Source of the DNA: Entomortierella parvispora E1425 | Taxonomy: Eukaryota; Fungi; Mortierellomycota | Length of the DNA stretch: 64,000 nucleotides | Assembly: GCA_020891255.1 (NCBI GenBank) | Contig: BQFW01000008.1 | Location: forward strand, 1,116,001 to 1,180,000 | Direction of reading: 5' to 3' | Shown: positions 1-10,514 of the stretch, one piece after another | How the letters are laid out: each line of letters opens with the position of its first letter | Numbering within the stretch: the stretch's first letter is position 1 | Notes under the pieces: model-generated | Database searches by the model: none | What the model saw: only the letters and a program-made list of their open reading frames with translations | What the model was told of the DNA's origin: nothing | Translations under genes and position numbers: made by a program

Positions 1-1050
1 AAGTTGACATTGGGCACCTTCAGTGCAAATGGGTAAGCATAGGAGCCAGGCCCTATCTCTTGCCAGTTTGACAGCTCGTTCTCGGTCTGGTTCGAGCCCC
101 AGGCCATGACCTCAGTCTCAAAGAGAGTGATGACGGTCTGCTGGAACTTTTGGCGGAGAGAATCACCGTTGGACTCCTGACCGAGCACAATGGCGCTTTC
201 TTCGGCTGTCGCCCAGGCACAAGGAGCAATGCAAGACAAGGGTGAACGAGAGACAGCAAGGGACAAAGAAAGACAGAGAGATAGAAGGGAGGAGAGACAT
301 GTTAGCGCAGTATATCAACAATTTGTCGCCTTGTGCGCTTTTGTCGTCCGTAAATTGGAAAGGAGAATAAGTTTGCCACTAGACTGAGTGTGGAGGAAGC
401 AAGCATCGTTGTTCCTTAACACATGCACGAGCTGCAGTTGCAACAAATTGGTGCCCTGGCGTGGATCCGTGCAAGGTCGATCCAAGGACAAGGATATGGA
501 TGAATATGAGATTGAAAATGAAAAGGGGGGATGAAAGCAGCGCACAGCCGTGCCGAGGCGCCGCGCGGTGGGCAGAAAAGAGGGCGATGACATAGTGCTG
601 ATAGGCAGGTCTGGGAACGGGGCAGAGGACAGACAGGGACCTCTTTGTCCTTTCACTTAACCCCTAGATCCCCTTCTTTCTTAGTCCCCACTCCACCAGA
701 AGCACCTTGCTATTGTTTGAATGGACAGGGAAGAATGAACACTGGCATTTACCTCGTAATTTGACGCGAATGCCGGCGGCGTAGCATGGTTTGATGAGCT
801 TGAGCTCGACATGACCCCTCACAACGGCATTCGGTCGAAGTAGACAGGTCGTGCCTCCTTGCGAGAAAACAAGTCGGATCGAGGATTTTGTGGGCGTTGA
901 TGATACGGAGGCATTGGCCGAGGTTCCTGGGGTGGTTCCTGTGCCTGAGTGAGAGGCCGCCAATGAGTTGTTCGTCGCGTGTGTCTGTGCGTGGTGCGGC
1001 TGTGAGGGGGAAGGGGAGGAGGGGGGAACTGCCATGACGATGGACTGCAA
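1..1050 (-). CDS. Arrestin-domain protein (5' part; runs off the window start)
   Basis: Exon 1050-753 (...IRLVFSQGG..LRPNAVVRGHVELKLIKPCYAAGIRVKLR) ends at a GTAAAT donor. It splices in phase to a CAG acceptor at 206-207, giving AEESAIVLGQ...TLFETEVMAWG...GSYAYPFALKVPNVN, a typical arrestin-N fold with a YPF-x-L motif. Confidence 0.75.
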
Positions 1051-3069
1051 TGCTTCGACAATACAGTGAAAATCGTGAGAGAAAAGGCCAGGCGATGATG
1101 AAGGGAGAGAGAGGTTACGGACTGGACCCTGCCAGGAGAGTAGCTTTTGTTCAGGTGAAAGGGGTCGAGAGCAGGGTGGCTGAACGTAGGGATTGAAAGT
1201 AAAGGAGCGTTAGGCTGTGAACCACTTTTTTACAGTCGACAGGTTGGGAGGAGATTAATGAAGTGGACAATTGGGACAAGATCAAAGAGGACGTTTAAAC
1301 AAGGAGGAAAAGGGCCTCTGGGAAACGAGGGGGGGCAAAGTGGAAGGAAGAAAGATGGAAAGAAGGAGAGAAAGAGGCGAGGGACGGTAAGTTGATGTTT
1401 GCTCTTGTGCGTGCCCCCGTTCGCTGGCACGCCCCAGCCAGGGCACACAAGGATCTCACTAGCATCGGACCCATGTCTCTTCTTTAAGAGCATTATGGTG
1501 CATGCAGTATGTAATAGACTGAGGAGCGAATGAACGGACGAACAAGGTCCCTGGCCATCGATTGATTGTTGACCCGAGTCTCCCCCCTGCTTGTGTCTTC
1601 GACTTGGACTGAGCTCAACTGCTCACCCTCCCCTGCTCCCTGCTCCCTTGTTTTGAACCAACTCAGCGAAAAAGGTTTTCATTTCTTTTTCAGCCAACAG
1701 TCCACCGTCCAGTCGGGGGAGGACACTCCTTTATTACATACATGACGATACAACGGCCGACTCTGTGCTCTCAAGTCAAATCTGTCAGCCTCTGGCTGCG
1801 TCTGAATGTGTCTGAGAAGATGGGAAGACGGAGGGCGCTCACTTTCCTCGCTCCTTCAGGATCTGATCTGCAAACAGAAATGAAATTGCTATGAAATCAA
1901 AGTGCAGTGCAGCGCATCGGCGTAGTGGTGAAATAAAAAGGGTCTATCAAGAAGACGAAACAATTGCAGACCTCTGGCCATGCGAACGAAAGGGCTCTTT
2001 TTAGCTAGATCCGGGTACCGAGGTCAAAAACAACCTCCAGGCACAGTTCGGCTCCTTTGATTGCGGTCGCACTTTAGGACCCTTTTTTAGGCTGGTCAGC
2101 TAAGAATAACTGAAAGGGTGCTGGCTCTGAGCGTGTAGATCCGCCTAGTGCTGCTGCTATTACTGTATTGCGGGCTTTCTTGTTCTTGATGGAAGGAGCT
2201 TTTTGGAGTTTTGTGATTTCGTGGTTCAGTCGTTGCCGTGGTGCAGGTGCTCGTTCGAAAAGGAGAAGGCTCTCGAAAGATGAGTTTACTCGAGCCATGG
2301 CTCAAATCTCGAACTAGTGCCTTGTCACCTTCGTTCAGTGTTTTCTGCATGCGAGCAGTCGTACAAGGATCGAATCTCATTCTTCTCCCCCTTGTTCGAA
2401 CCAATCCGATCCAGTAGAGCGGCCGTACGCTCGGGCCGAGGTCGCTTACCTCGTGCATCCTCATGTTTGCCTGTCGATTGCCATAGATGAAGAGGTACAT
2501 GTCTTTTATGTGGAGGAGAGTATGAGGTGTAGAGATAGGTATCTCTGAGCAATGGAGTTCTATGACCGCAGTCTCGTCACACACTGGGGAAGAACCCATC
2601 CACTGCTGCCACTGTCTCAGTGGGCAAACCAGTCTTTGGTTCCGCGATTGAGTTTATGTGCATTGCCGTCATTCTTCTTCGGCGTCAACTCTGCTTCTTC
2701 TGGCTAGGCACCTTAGCTCGAGAACAAACAAGCCCCTCAGCTATGTTCCCCCGCTCTGGCGATGGAGTCGCGTCAACACTTAGTGGCACTCAATGCCACG
2801 GTGTAGGAGGAAGAGCTGTTTACTGGCCTGGGAAAAGGCACTTGCTCTTCACAAGCTGGGAATTCCCAAATGGCCTTTACCAGACCTCCCCAGCATGAAT
2901 GACGGCTTTGTTTCAAATGTACATGACTTCGGAAACTTCCCAAGAGACGCAGAAACCTGCCCTGTCGGGCTTTTCTAGTTCAACCTTTGAATGGTCGAGT
3001 CTGATCCGTCTGCCATCTGTCCCTGCAGACAGGGGTTTGTCTTTTTCTTTCTTTTCTTTTCTCAAAGCA

Positions 3070-3077
3070 TATAAATA
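3070..3077 (+). promoter_or_regulatory. TATA-like box upstream of the secreted-protein gene
   Basis: TATAAATA about 85 nt upstream of ATG 3158, followed by a CT-rich leader. Confidence 0.45.
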
Positions 3078-3157
3078 CAGATAGCTTTGCTCTCTTTCTC
3101 AGTTCTCACTTTTTAACAACATCGCCACACACAACCCGTCCATGCCTCTTACTTAGG

Positions 3158-3925
3158 ATGGTTCCTCTTAATCCACTTATTTCTGCCCTCCCATGGCTTT
3201 TGCTTGCCCTCACTTCCTCATCTGCCCCTTTGACATCTTCATCTCGATCAGCTTCAATACCCACCTCGACTTCATCCTCAGGTTCCTCTGCAACCACTTT
3301 GGGCAACACCAACATCTTTTCTCAGCTGCTGCTGATCGACCTTTTGGACGCTGCGGCACCACCTTATATCAATCTAAAGCCCACCTTACCTGAAATCCCC
3401 AACGTCTTTGTGCCAATGACAAAACACTCGGAGCAGGATCCCGACAAACCCAAACCAGGCCTCACTGGTGGTCATCAGAGTGCTCCACCGACAGTGACCA
3501 TGCCCTCGAACTTTGGGCAAGAGGTTGGGGATGAAGAATATAACGCCGAGTCATCCAATCCACAAGAACGGCCCCAAATGACAATCGGAGAAATCATCAT
3601 ACGATGCATGGGAAACAGGACACCCACCCTGCCATCTACTTTTGGACCCGAGGTTGGCGTCGTCCGCTTGTTCACAGAGCCTTCGTTTCGAGTTGAGGTG
3701 GCGATCCTGAAGGGGTGTGGCTGCATGGGTCTGACAGAGCCGAGAAAGATCGATTCGTTTGTAGGAACCAGAAATCATTCGTTTGCCTTCTACGAAACGG
3801 AGAGGTGTCAAGGAGAGCCCTATTTCCAACGATTCCAGTCGAGCCACGCTATGCACGTTGCCAACACGAAAAAGTCAGCAAAGAGTCTCAAGATCGTCCA
3901 TGGTGTTCTGCCGCCGCTTCCTTAA
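3158..3925 (+). CDS. Secreted protein: signal peptide, Ser/Thr-rich linker, small Cys-containing C-terminal domain (beta/gamma-crystallin-like?)
   Basis: Intronless 255-aa ORF. Hydrophobic N-terminus (LISALPWLLLALTSS), an S/T run, then VRLFTEPSF..GCGC..SFAFYETERCQG..AKSLKI. Confidence 0.7.
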   Translation: MVPLNPLISALPWLLLALTSSSAPLTSSSRSASIPTSTSSSGSSATTLGNTNIFSQLLLIDLLDAAAPPYINLKPTLPEIPNVFVPMTKHSEQDPDKPKPGLTGGHQSAPPTVTMPSNFGQEVGDEEYNAESSNPQERPQMTIGEIIIRCMGNRTPTLPSTFGPEVGVVRLFTEPSFRVEVAILKGCGCMGLTEPRKIDSFVGTRNHSFAFYETERCQGEPYFQRFQSSHAMHVANTKKSAKSLKIVHGVLPPLP

Positions 3926-4462
3926 AACCGATCGGAACCAGGTCTTCAATATATACCCTAGAGAAGCAGCAAGTAGATGTTTACTTGTACATTGTACCAT
4001 AGACCAAAGAAAATATACTCTAACGATGATAATATCCTACCGACAGGCAATATTTTGAGGAGCAAGTCTTGTACTGGCATTTGGAATCAAAACCTCAAAA
4101 CCAAGGAGACCGAGGGGGCGCCTTTGCATCCTGGATGCTCACGGGTCTTTTGGTTCTCGTCTTCTTTCGAGGCTCCTTGAGCTCTGTCAGGAGAAAGACG
4201 AGAAAGAGAGAGAGAAAGAGAAAGAGAAAAAAAAGGAGAATGCTGCGTCTGTTGCACCCTTTCAAGGTAAGGTGCTTACTTTGCGTGGTGCCACCAACAG
4301 GTCTATGTGTTACCCAAAAGCGCGCGCCATGTTCGATCACTCCCAACCTTCTCTGATCTTTTCTGCACCGATTGCTCGTTCATCTCTTCCCTCACATCTC
4401 TTCTCCTTCTGCCCTCGTTCCCGCCTCTCCTTCTCCTTCTCTAATTAGAGCAGAAGCACACC

Positions 4463-6513
4463 ATGCAGTCATCTTCAGGTCCTACCTCTTTCCAGGATGA
4501 CACTGGCGGCGACGTTGGGCGCCACGATGGGGTCCTCCATCGCCGTAGAAACACCAATCCATTTTTATCCTCTTGGCTCTCTCCTCTTTCTCTTTCTGCT
4601 CCTGCAATTGCTGACCACGGACACGACGACGACCAGCGCCAGCAGCATCACCGCCACCCTGACGCCCATCGACCATCGCCTCCGGACTCCCCGCAAGACC
4701 CTCATTTGCCTCTCTTTGCCCACTCTCTATCCAGTTCCGTTGAATTTTCCTGCTCGACCGCCACTGTTGCTGCTGTTGTCTCTGCTCCTTCTTTTTTCTT
4801 TGCCTCATCCTCCTCGTCTGCTTTTGCCTCTCCGTCTTCCCAGAAGAGAGGTGAGAGTAGGACTGTACGATTACAAGACAGTTCACCTCAAAGATTTATT
4901 CCCCAGATGTCTGACCGCCTGCCCTTGACCAACACGCCCTCGTCAAGATCAACCCAGTCGTCATCCTCTTCGCCTTCAGGATCCTCCGGCCCATTCATGT
5001 ATACGCCATATCAGCCCCCACCCGCTCGTCAACCACAAGAATCACCACAGCAGCAGCAATATAATCCACCAAGGTCGTTGTCATCAACAGGACAGAGTCG
5101 CCTTTCGCTCGGTAGCGCTCAATGGCTTGATCTAGAGCCAGTATCCCCTGGAGCTTCCACGCTCGTTGGATCCCCCATTACTCCACAATTTGATTCGGCG
5201 CAGTCGGGTCGATTTCCTTGGAGAACGCCTACCACACCCACCACGCCCACAACAAGTCAACTCCCTCCACCACAGTATCCTGCTCCAACGCTCCGGTTCA
5301 GTCATTGTGATGCAAAGGGATATGAACACGAAACTTCAGCCTTTGGAGGAGACACTTTGGGACCGGCGGCCGCAGCGAGGACATTGGCTCACTATGATCA
5401 CGGGGACGGAGGAGGATATCTTAGTCAACAGCAATATCAAAAGCAGCAGAATCAATCATGGGAGCCACATGTGTCTGTTCCCATGGACGAGATCTCGCTG
5501 GACAGTTTCTCACCTTCGGACGATTGCCATGGCGCTGGAGATCAAAAGTCAAAAGTTTCAAGGAACAAGCCTCCGGCGTACGGGAACAAAAAAAGAGCCC
5601 CAACTCCTCAAAGTGAATCTGGACAGTCCTCCAACATGAGTACGATTACGCTCCTGGCCGTACAACAGACCCCCACGCATTCGAGTTCCTCGTCCACCCT
5701 CTTTGGAGGATTCATGTTCTCAAAGGCCAAATCCTCCAGCGGTTTTCACAAGCTAAACGATCCAACGTTCACGACCAGCGACATTGCACAGCAACAACGG
5801 CAACAAGGCTCGACTGTGGGCCCAGATAGAAAAGTATACTCCAAGCAGCCAAAAGCAAAGCAATTTGGAAAAAAGGGCACCGGTGGCGGTGGTGGCGGAG
5901 GGGGAGGCAATGGAGATCGAAAGGCGCTGTTTTCCAATGAGCGCACATTTATGCATTGGATCAAATTCGGCATCTTGCTTGGCACTACGGCTTTGACCCT
6001 TTGCAATTTCGGCACGATGGACTCTTTGGCCTTCCATATTGGAGTGACGGTGTTGGTCGTCGCGATGAGTTCACTAGGGTACGCGGCGGCCCTCTTCCAT
6101 CGGCGGGACCGATCCTTGGAGAGGCGATTGCAGAGTACCCTTGCGCGGAAACAGGCCAAGCTAGGCGGAGGGGCCAGGACCAAGTTTCTTCAACATGACC
6201 AGGGCGAGATTTGTTATTATGATCGAATTGGACCTACTGTTCTGTGCAGTGTTCTCCTATTTGCCTACAGCATCAACTTTTATCGTAAGTTGGAAGCATG
6301 CTGTTCTCCCATTACCATTTCAATACCATCGCAAGAGTTTTATCGACCATGTCAACATCAGAGAGCTGACAATCGTTTTTTTTTTCTCTTTACTTTTCCC
6401 CCGCTTCTTTTCCCCCGCTTCTTTACCCCCGCTTCTTTTACCATCACTCAGTGAGTATAATGGGCGGTACGTCCATGCACAACACTGGGCAGAGTTTCTT
6501 CCATCAAGAGTGA
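4463..6513 (+). CDS. VTC1-like / DUF202 membrane protein with a long disordered N-terminus
   Basis: KALFSNERTFMHWIKFGILLG motif plus three hydrophobic helices (DUF202/VTC transmembrane module). Terminal intron 6285-6451 (GTAAGT..CAG) gives the C-terminus ..NFYLSIMGGTSMHNTGQSFFHQE*. The start is ambiguous (4463 vs 4907). Confidence 0.8.
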
Positions 6514-6790
6514 GAAGAGATGTCCACTTGAGCTCTTGTTTATCCATTCATTCACTTTTTGCATACTGCATCCACGCACAATCTCATCATCTTCATACTC
6601 ATCTTCATACTCCTCTTCATACATTCGCGCATCTCAAACCTACTAATACATTGCTCGTTGTCTTCATCACATGGTGCCGACGTGTTGAAATGGGTCAAAT
6701 GAAAGAATGAACGTGTATTTTAAATTATGAGGCTAGTGTATGATATAGTAAGTTGTCAAGAGATGGGTATTATCCCTTCCTTCCCTTCCT

Positions 6791-8727
6791 TTAGGCAACT
6801 CCTCCGGTTGAGGAGACACTTGATTGAGGGTAGAAAAAGATGGCGATAGCAATAATGATATAGGTGGAGAGCAAAAGAACCCCCTCGAGCCAATTGGACT
6901 CGCCATCTTGGATCAAGTAGTTCACGATGAGAACCGACACAAAGAGGATACACGTCTCGAACGTGTTGAAGAAAAGGGTCATGGGCTGCCCAATAATCCA
7001 TCCGACAATCACCATCAGCGGTGTCACAAAGAGCGCGACCTGCATCGAAGATCCCACCGCGACGCCAATGGCCAAATCCATCTTATTCTTCATCGCCACG
7101 GACACGGCGGTCACATGCTCGGCTGCATTGCCCACAATCGGCAGGAGGATAAGTCCTAAAAAAAGAGAGAGAGGGGGAAACAGAACAAAGGTCATGTTAA
7201 AATTCAGGCGCCTCCAAGATGCTTCTCCTGATGGTCCCTCACGCCCTTGAGGTCCAAACGTCCGATCACGACGAGAAGAAGAAAAAAAAAAAAAGGAGGG
7301 GGGGGGGGAGTTCGTACCGATAAAGACATTGCTAATGTGCCATGATTCGCTAAGACCAGTGATGCTTCCAACCAGGAAGTCAGAGAGGACGGCGACAAGA
7401 ACAGTAACGCCAAGAAGCAAAGCGACAGACATCCAGAGAGGCAACACTGGCTCCACTTCATCTTCCCCCTCCACTGCATAGAGGTGGGCATGACTCTTGA
7501 GTTGAAAGAACAAAAAGAGGATATAGACTATCAGGAGAATGATGCTTGTGCCATATGAGAGATGCTTGATGTTCGCGGTCTGGTCCATGCTTTCCTTGGA
7601 CGAGGCCACGAACGCTGCTGGGACCAGGAGCGACATACAGGAGAGAGAGAGGATGGAAGCGGATGTTTGGGCAGCAGTCTGGTTGAAAGATTGACTTGAG
7701 AACTTGTATCCTCCAAAAACAAAACAACATCCCAGAACCTGGGATTAAGGAGAGGAAAAAACAAACAAACAAAGAGGCTATGGTGTAAGGAAAAAGAAGG
7801 TTCTTGGGCAGATTCATGATACTAGAAGGAACCATAGATCCGTACCAGGAGCAAATTGGAGAGGACGGAGCCCAAGACATTTGCCTGGACAACATCAATC
7901 TTGCCTTGGGTCAATGCAATGACGGAGAGGATCAACTCGACTGCGTTTCCAAAGGAGGCATTCAATAAGGCGCCAAGGTTCTGAAAAGGATCGCGGACAG
8001 GAGGGGTGAAAACAATCAGTAGATGGAAAGACGACAGGAGCAGTAGTTTTTGGATCATCCACTGGTCTGTGCCGTAATGCAAAAAAAACAAAAAAAAAAA
8101 AGGTAAAATTGCATGTACCTGACCCAGCCGCATGGCCAGCTCTTCCGTGGCATATCCCAACATCTTTGCAAGAGGCACAATGGCTACAAAGCAAAGGACA
8201 AAGACAGCGACATCACTCCAGTGCAGCTTAGCGGCGACAATGGCCACCGGAATGACCACAAGGAGGACGTTGAGCTTTGAAGCAAACAAAATCGCCTTAC
8301 AACAACCCAACGTGGAGAGCTTTTCATTATGGTGACCTCCATTCTCGCCGTCGAGCAGGCCACGGCTATTGCTTCGGGAGGACGATAGCGTATTGCGGAG
8401 AGAGCGTTCTGACCGGACGGTGACTTTTCTCTCTGGGCGCGTGTTAATTGGTGTATCAGCTCGACTGTCGGTCCCTTCTCGCCGTTCGCTCTCGCGGCTG
8501 TCCAAGCGGTGGATTGAATCAAGCTGTGTAGGAGATTGTGAATGGACAGGCTGTTGAATTTGGCTGTGTAGTGACAATGGTGAGCTGCTGAGGACTTGAC
8601 GATCGGATCCAGAGGAGGCCGCACCATCGTAAGGAATTTCAGATTTTTCTATCGTAGGTGAGTAGGCAGAGTGGGCAGACTTGGAGCCTGTGGATACTGT
8701 CCGGTTGTTATCAGGAATGCGATCCAT
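6791..8727 (-). CDS. VCX1: Vacuolar Ca2+/H+ antiporter (CAX family)
   Basis: Exons 8727-8119, 7980-7846, 7738-7317 and 7155-6791 with GT-AG introns. Alpha repeats GALLNASFGNAVE and PIVGNAAEH, plus KNKMDLAIGVAVGSS and DGESNWLEG. Confidence 0.95.
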
Positions 8728-9597
8728 GCTGCTGAAGGCCTTAGCGTTTTTGGCTGGGAATGTGGAAATTGAAAATGCAAAGTTGAGATGGGGTTGAAGG
8801 TTTAAAGATGCAAAAGTAGAGATCCTCGGACAAACAGATTTCGAGGAGTGATTGAGTGAGGAGGGCAGCCGCGGTAGACAAAAAAAGAAGGGAGAGGGGC
8901 CTGTTTGCCGAAAGAAAGATGATGTGGCCATCTTCATGCCTTTGTTAACCCTTTTAGTGTAGGCCCGAGCTCTTTTCTGGTGATGCATGGACAGGGGGCA
9001 CGATGTAAATGCAAATGCTGGCTGAAGGCAACGCGCGGAATGAATGTCGTGTTTGGGGTTGCAGGGTTGTTTGCTTCGCCTTCCTGCAAAGGATGCTTTC
9101 GCGTACGTTCTCTACGTATGGTAACACACCCAGGTCCTTAACCCGTCAACATCAATGACCATCTAGGACAAGGACGAAAGATGCAAAGGGTCCTCTGCAC
9201 TGGGACTAACATACATGTATGTCATGATGTGTAAATTGCCTAAATCTTAAATGATCATGATGACGACGCGTCATTTTTGTGTCGCCAATGACAGAGTCGT
9301 GCGCTTTCTTTCGGTAACCTACACCAATCTTCTTGCAAGCGCTTGCTGGTCATGGCCGTCAAATGCCTGCTACCAAAGAGGCAAGACGGTCATTGGGACT
9401 TGGACGATAGAGTCACTAACGGTTTGCCCTCCTCGTGCAACCATTGTTTTTGTTCCATGGGGGTCCTTGAGCTGAGGCAATGCACGCATCGTTCACTGAA
9501 CTCATGAAGTCATTTTGAATATTGTAGGAAGTATATAAAGACCAGTCAGTCCGACCATTATCCAACATTATCTCAACCATCATCAAACAATTTCAAC

Positions 9598-10374
9598 ATG
9601 ACCAACACGACCAACAACAACACTGTCCCCGCCAACACCACCGTCAACAAATCCTCGACGATGGAAACCCTCAAAGACAAGGCCACCAACTTGATCCACA
9701 AGGTGACTGGCAAGGGTCACACAGACACCACTCACGGCACCTCCACGACAGCACCCGATCATCAGGACCACCACAAGAACGCCGACGGCACCACCAGCAC
9801 CAAGCACGGTGATGTGAACCCAAGCGCCTTCTTGTCCTCAGTTCGCTTCCCCGATGATGGTGCAGGCGCCAGTATGGCCGCCGCTGCCCCCGACCACATC
9901 ACTCAACCCGAGGCAGTTCATGACCCTAGCAACCCGCCTCGTAACTCTGGAATCATGTCCACTCATAACGCCAACCCTACTGCAAATCCCAACCCCTCAA
10001 GTGTGGATGGCTCCCGTGTCCATCAACACAACCCCATTCACAAGGACCATCACACCGGTGAAGCCGCTCTCGCCGACGCTGGTGCTACGCAACAGCATGA
10101 CCCCATGCACAAGAACCATCACACTGGCGAGGCCGCTGTCGCCGGTTCCAGTGCTGCCCTTGCTGCTGACCGCGCGGACAAAGACCACGGACTTGGACAC
10201 GCGCAGACCGCGACCATCACCAACCCACAAGAAGGAAGCCACGCCCTCGGTGAACAGGGTCACCACCACAAGATTGAAAACCCCCAGCACGGAATCACCT
10301 CCCGCTTGGCCGGTGAGAAGGTTGGAGGCGACCCCAACAACATTGGCACTACCCCAATGCATCCTGTTATGTAA
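9598..10374 (+). CDS. His/Thr/Gly-rich hydrophilic protein (hydrophilin/dehydrin-like), function unknown
   Basis: Intronless 258-aa ORF with C-ending codon bias, TATATAAA about 65 nt upstream, and an internal repeat H(N/D)P(I/M)HK(D/N)HHTGEAA. Confidence 0.75.
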   Translation: MTNTTNNNTVPANTTVNKSSTMETLKDKATNLIHKVTGKGHTDTTHGTSTTAPDHQDHHKNADGTTSTKHGDVNPSAFLSSVRFPDDGAGASMAAAAPDHITQPEAVHDPSNPPRNSGIMSTHNANPTANPNPSSVDGSRVHQHNPIHKDHHTGEAALADAGATQQHDPMHKNHHTGEAAVAGSSAALAADRADKDHGLGHAQTATITNPQEGSHALGEQGHHHKIENPQHGITSRLAGEKVGGDPNNIGTTPMHPVM

Positions 10375-10514
10375 TGGATGAAATACGATACCACCTGACT
10401 GTATTATAATGTACCTTGAAAATAAAGCATCTATCCCCAAGACTTGTCAAGAACAAAGAGAAAGAGAAAGAGAAAGAGAGAGAGAGAGGAGAGAGGAGAG
10501 AGAGAAAAAAGTCA

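Noticed and set aside
89-101. GGTTCGAGCCCC T-loop-like tRNA motif
   Set aside because: It lies antisense within an arrestin coding exon, and no D-arm, anticodon arm or acceptor stem can be built.
2074-2599. Overlapping minus-strand ORFs with a GTAAGC donor-like site in the arrestin upstream region
   Set aside because: No recognisable domain, no consistent exon chain, and no terminal repeats or target-site duplication to indicate a transposon.
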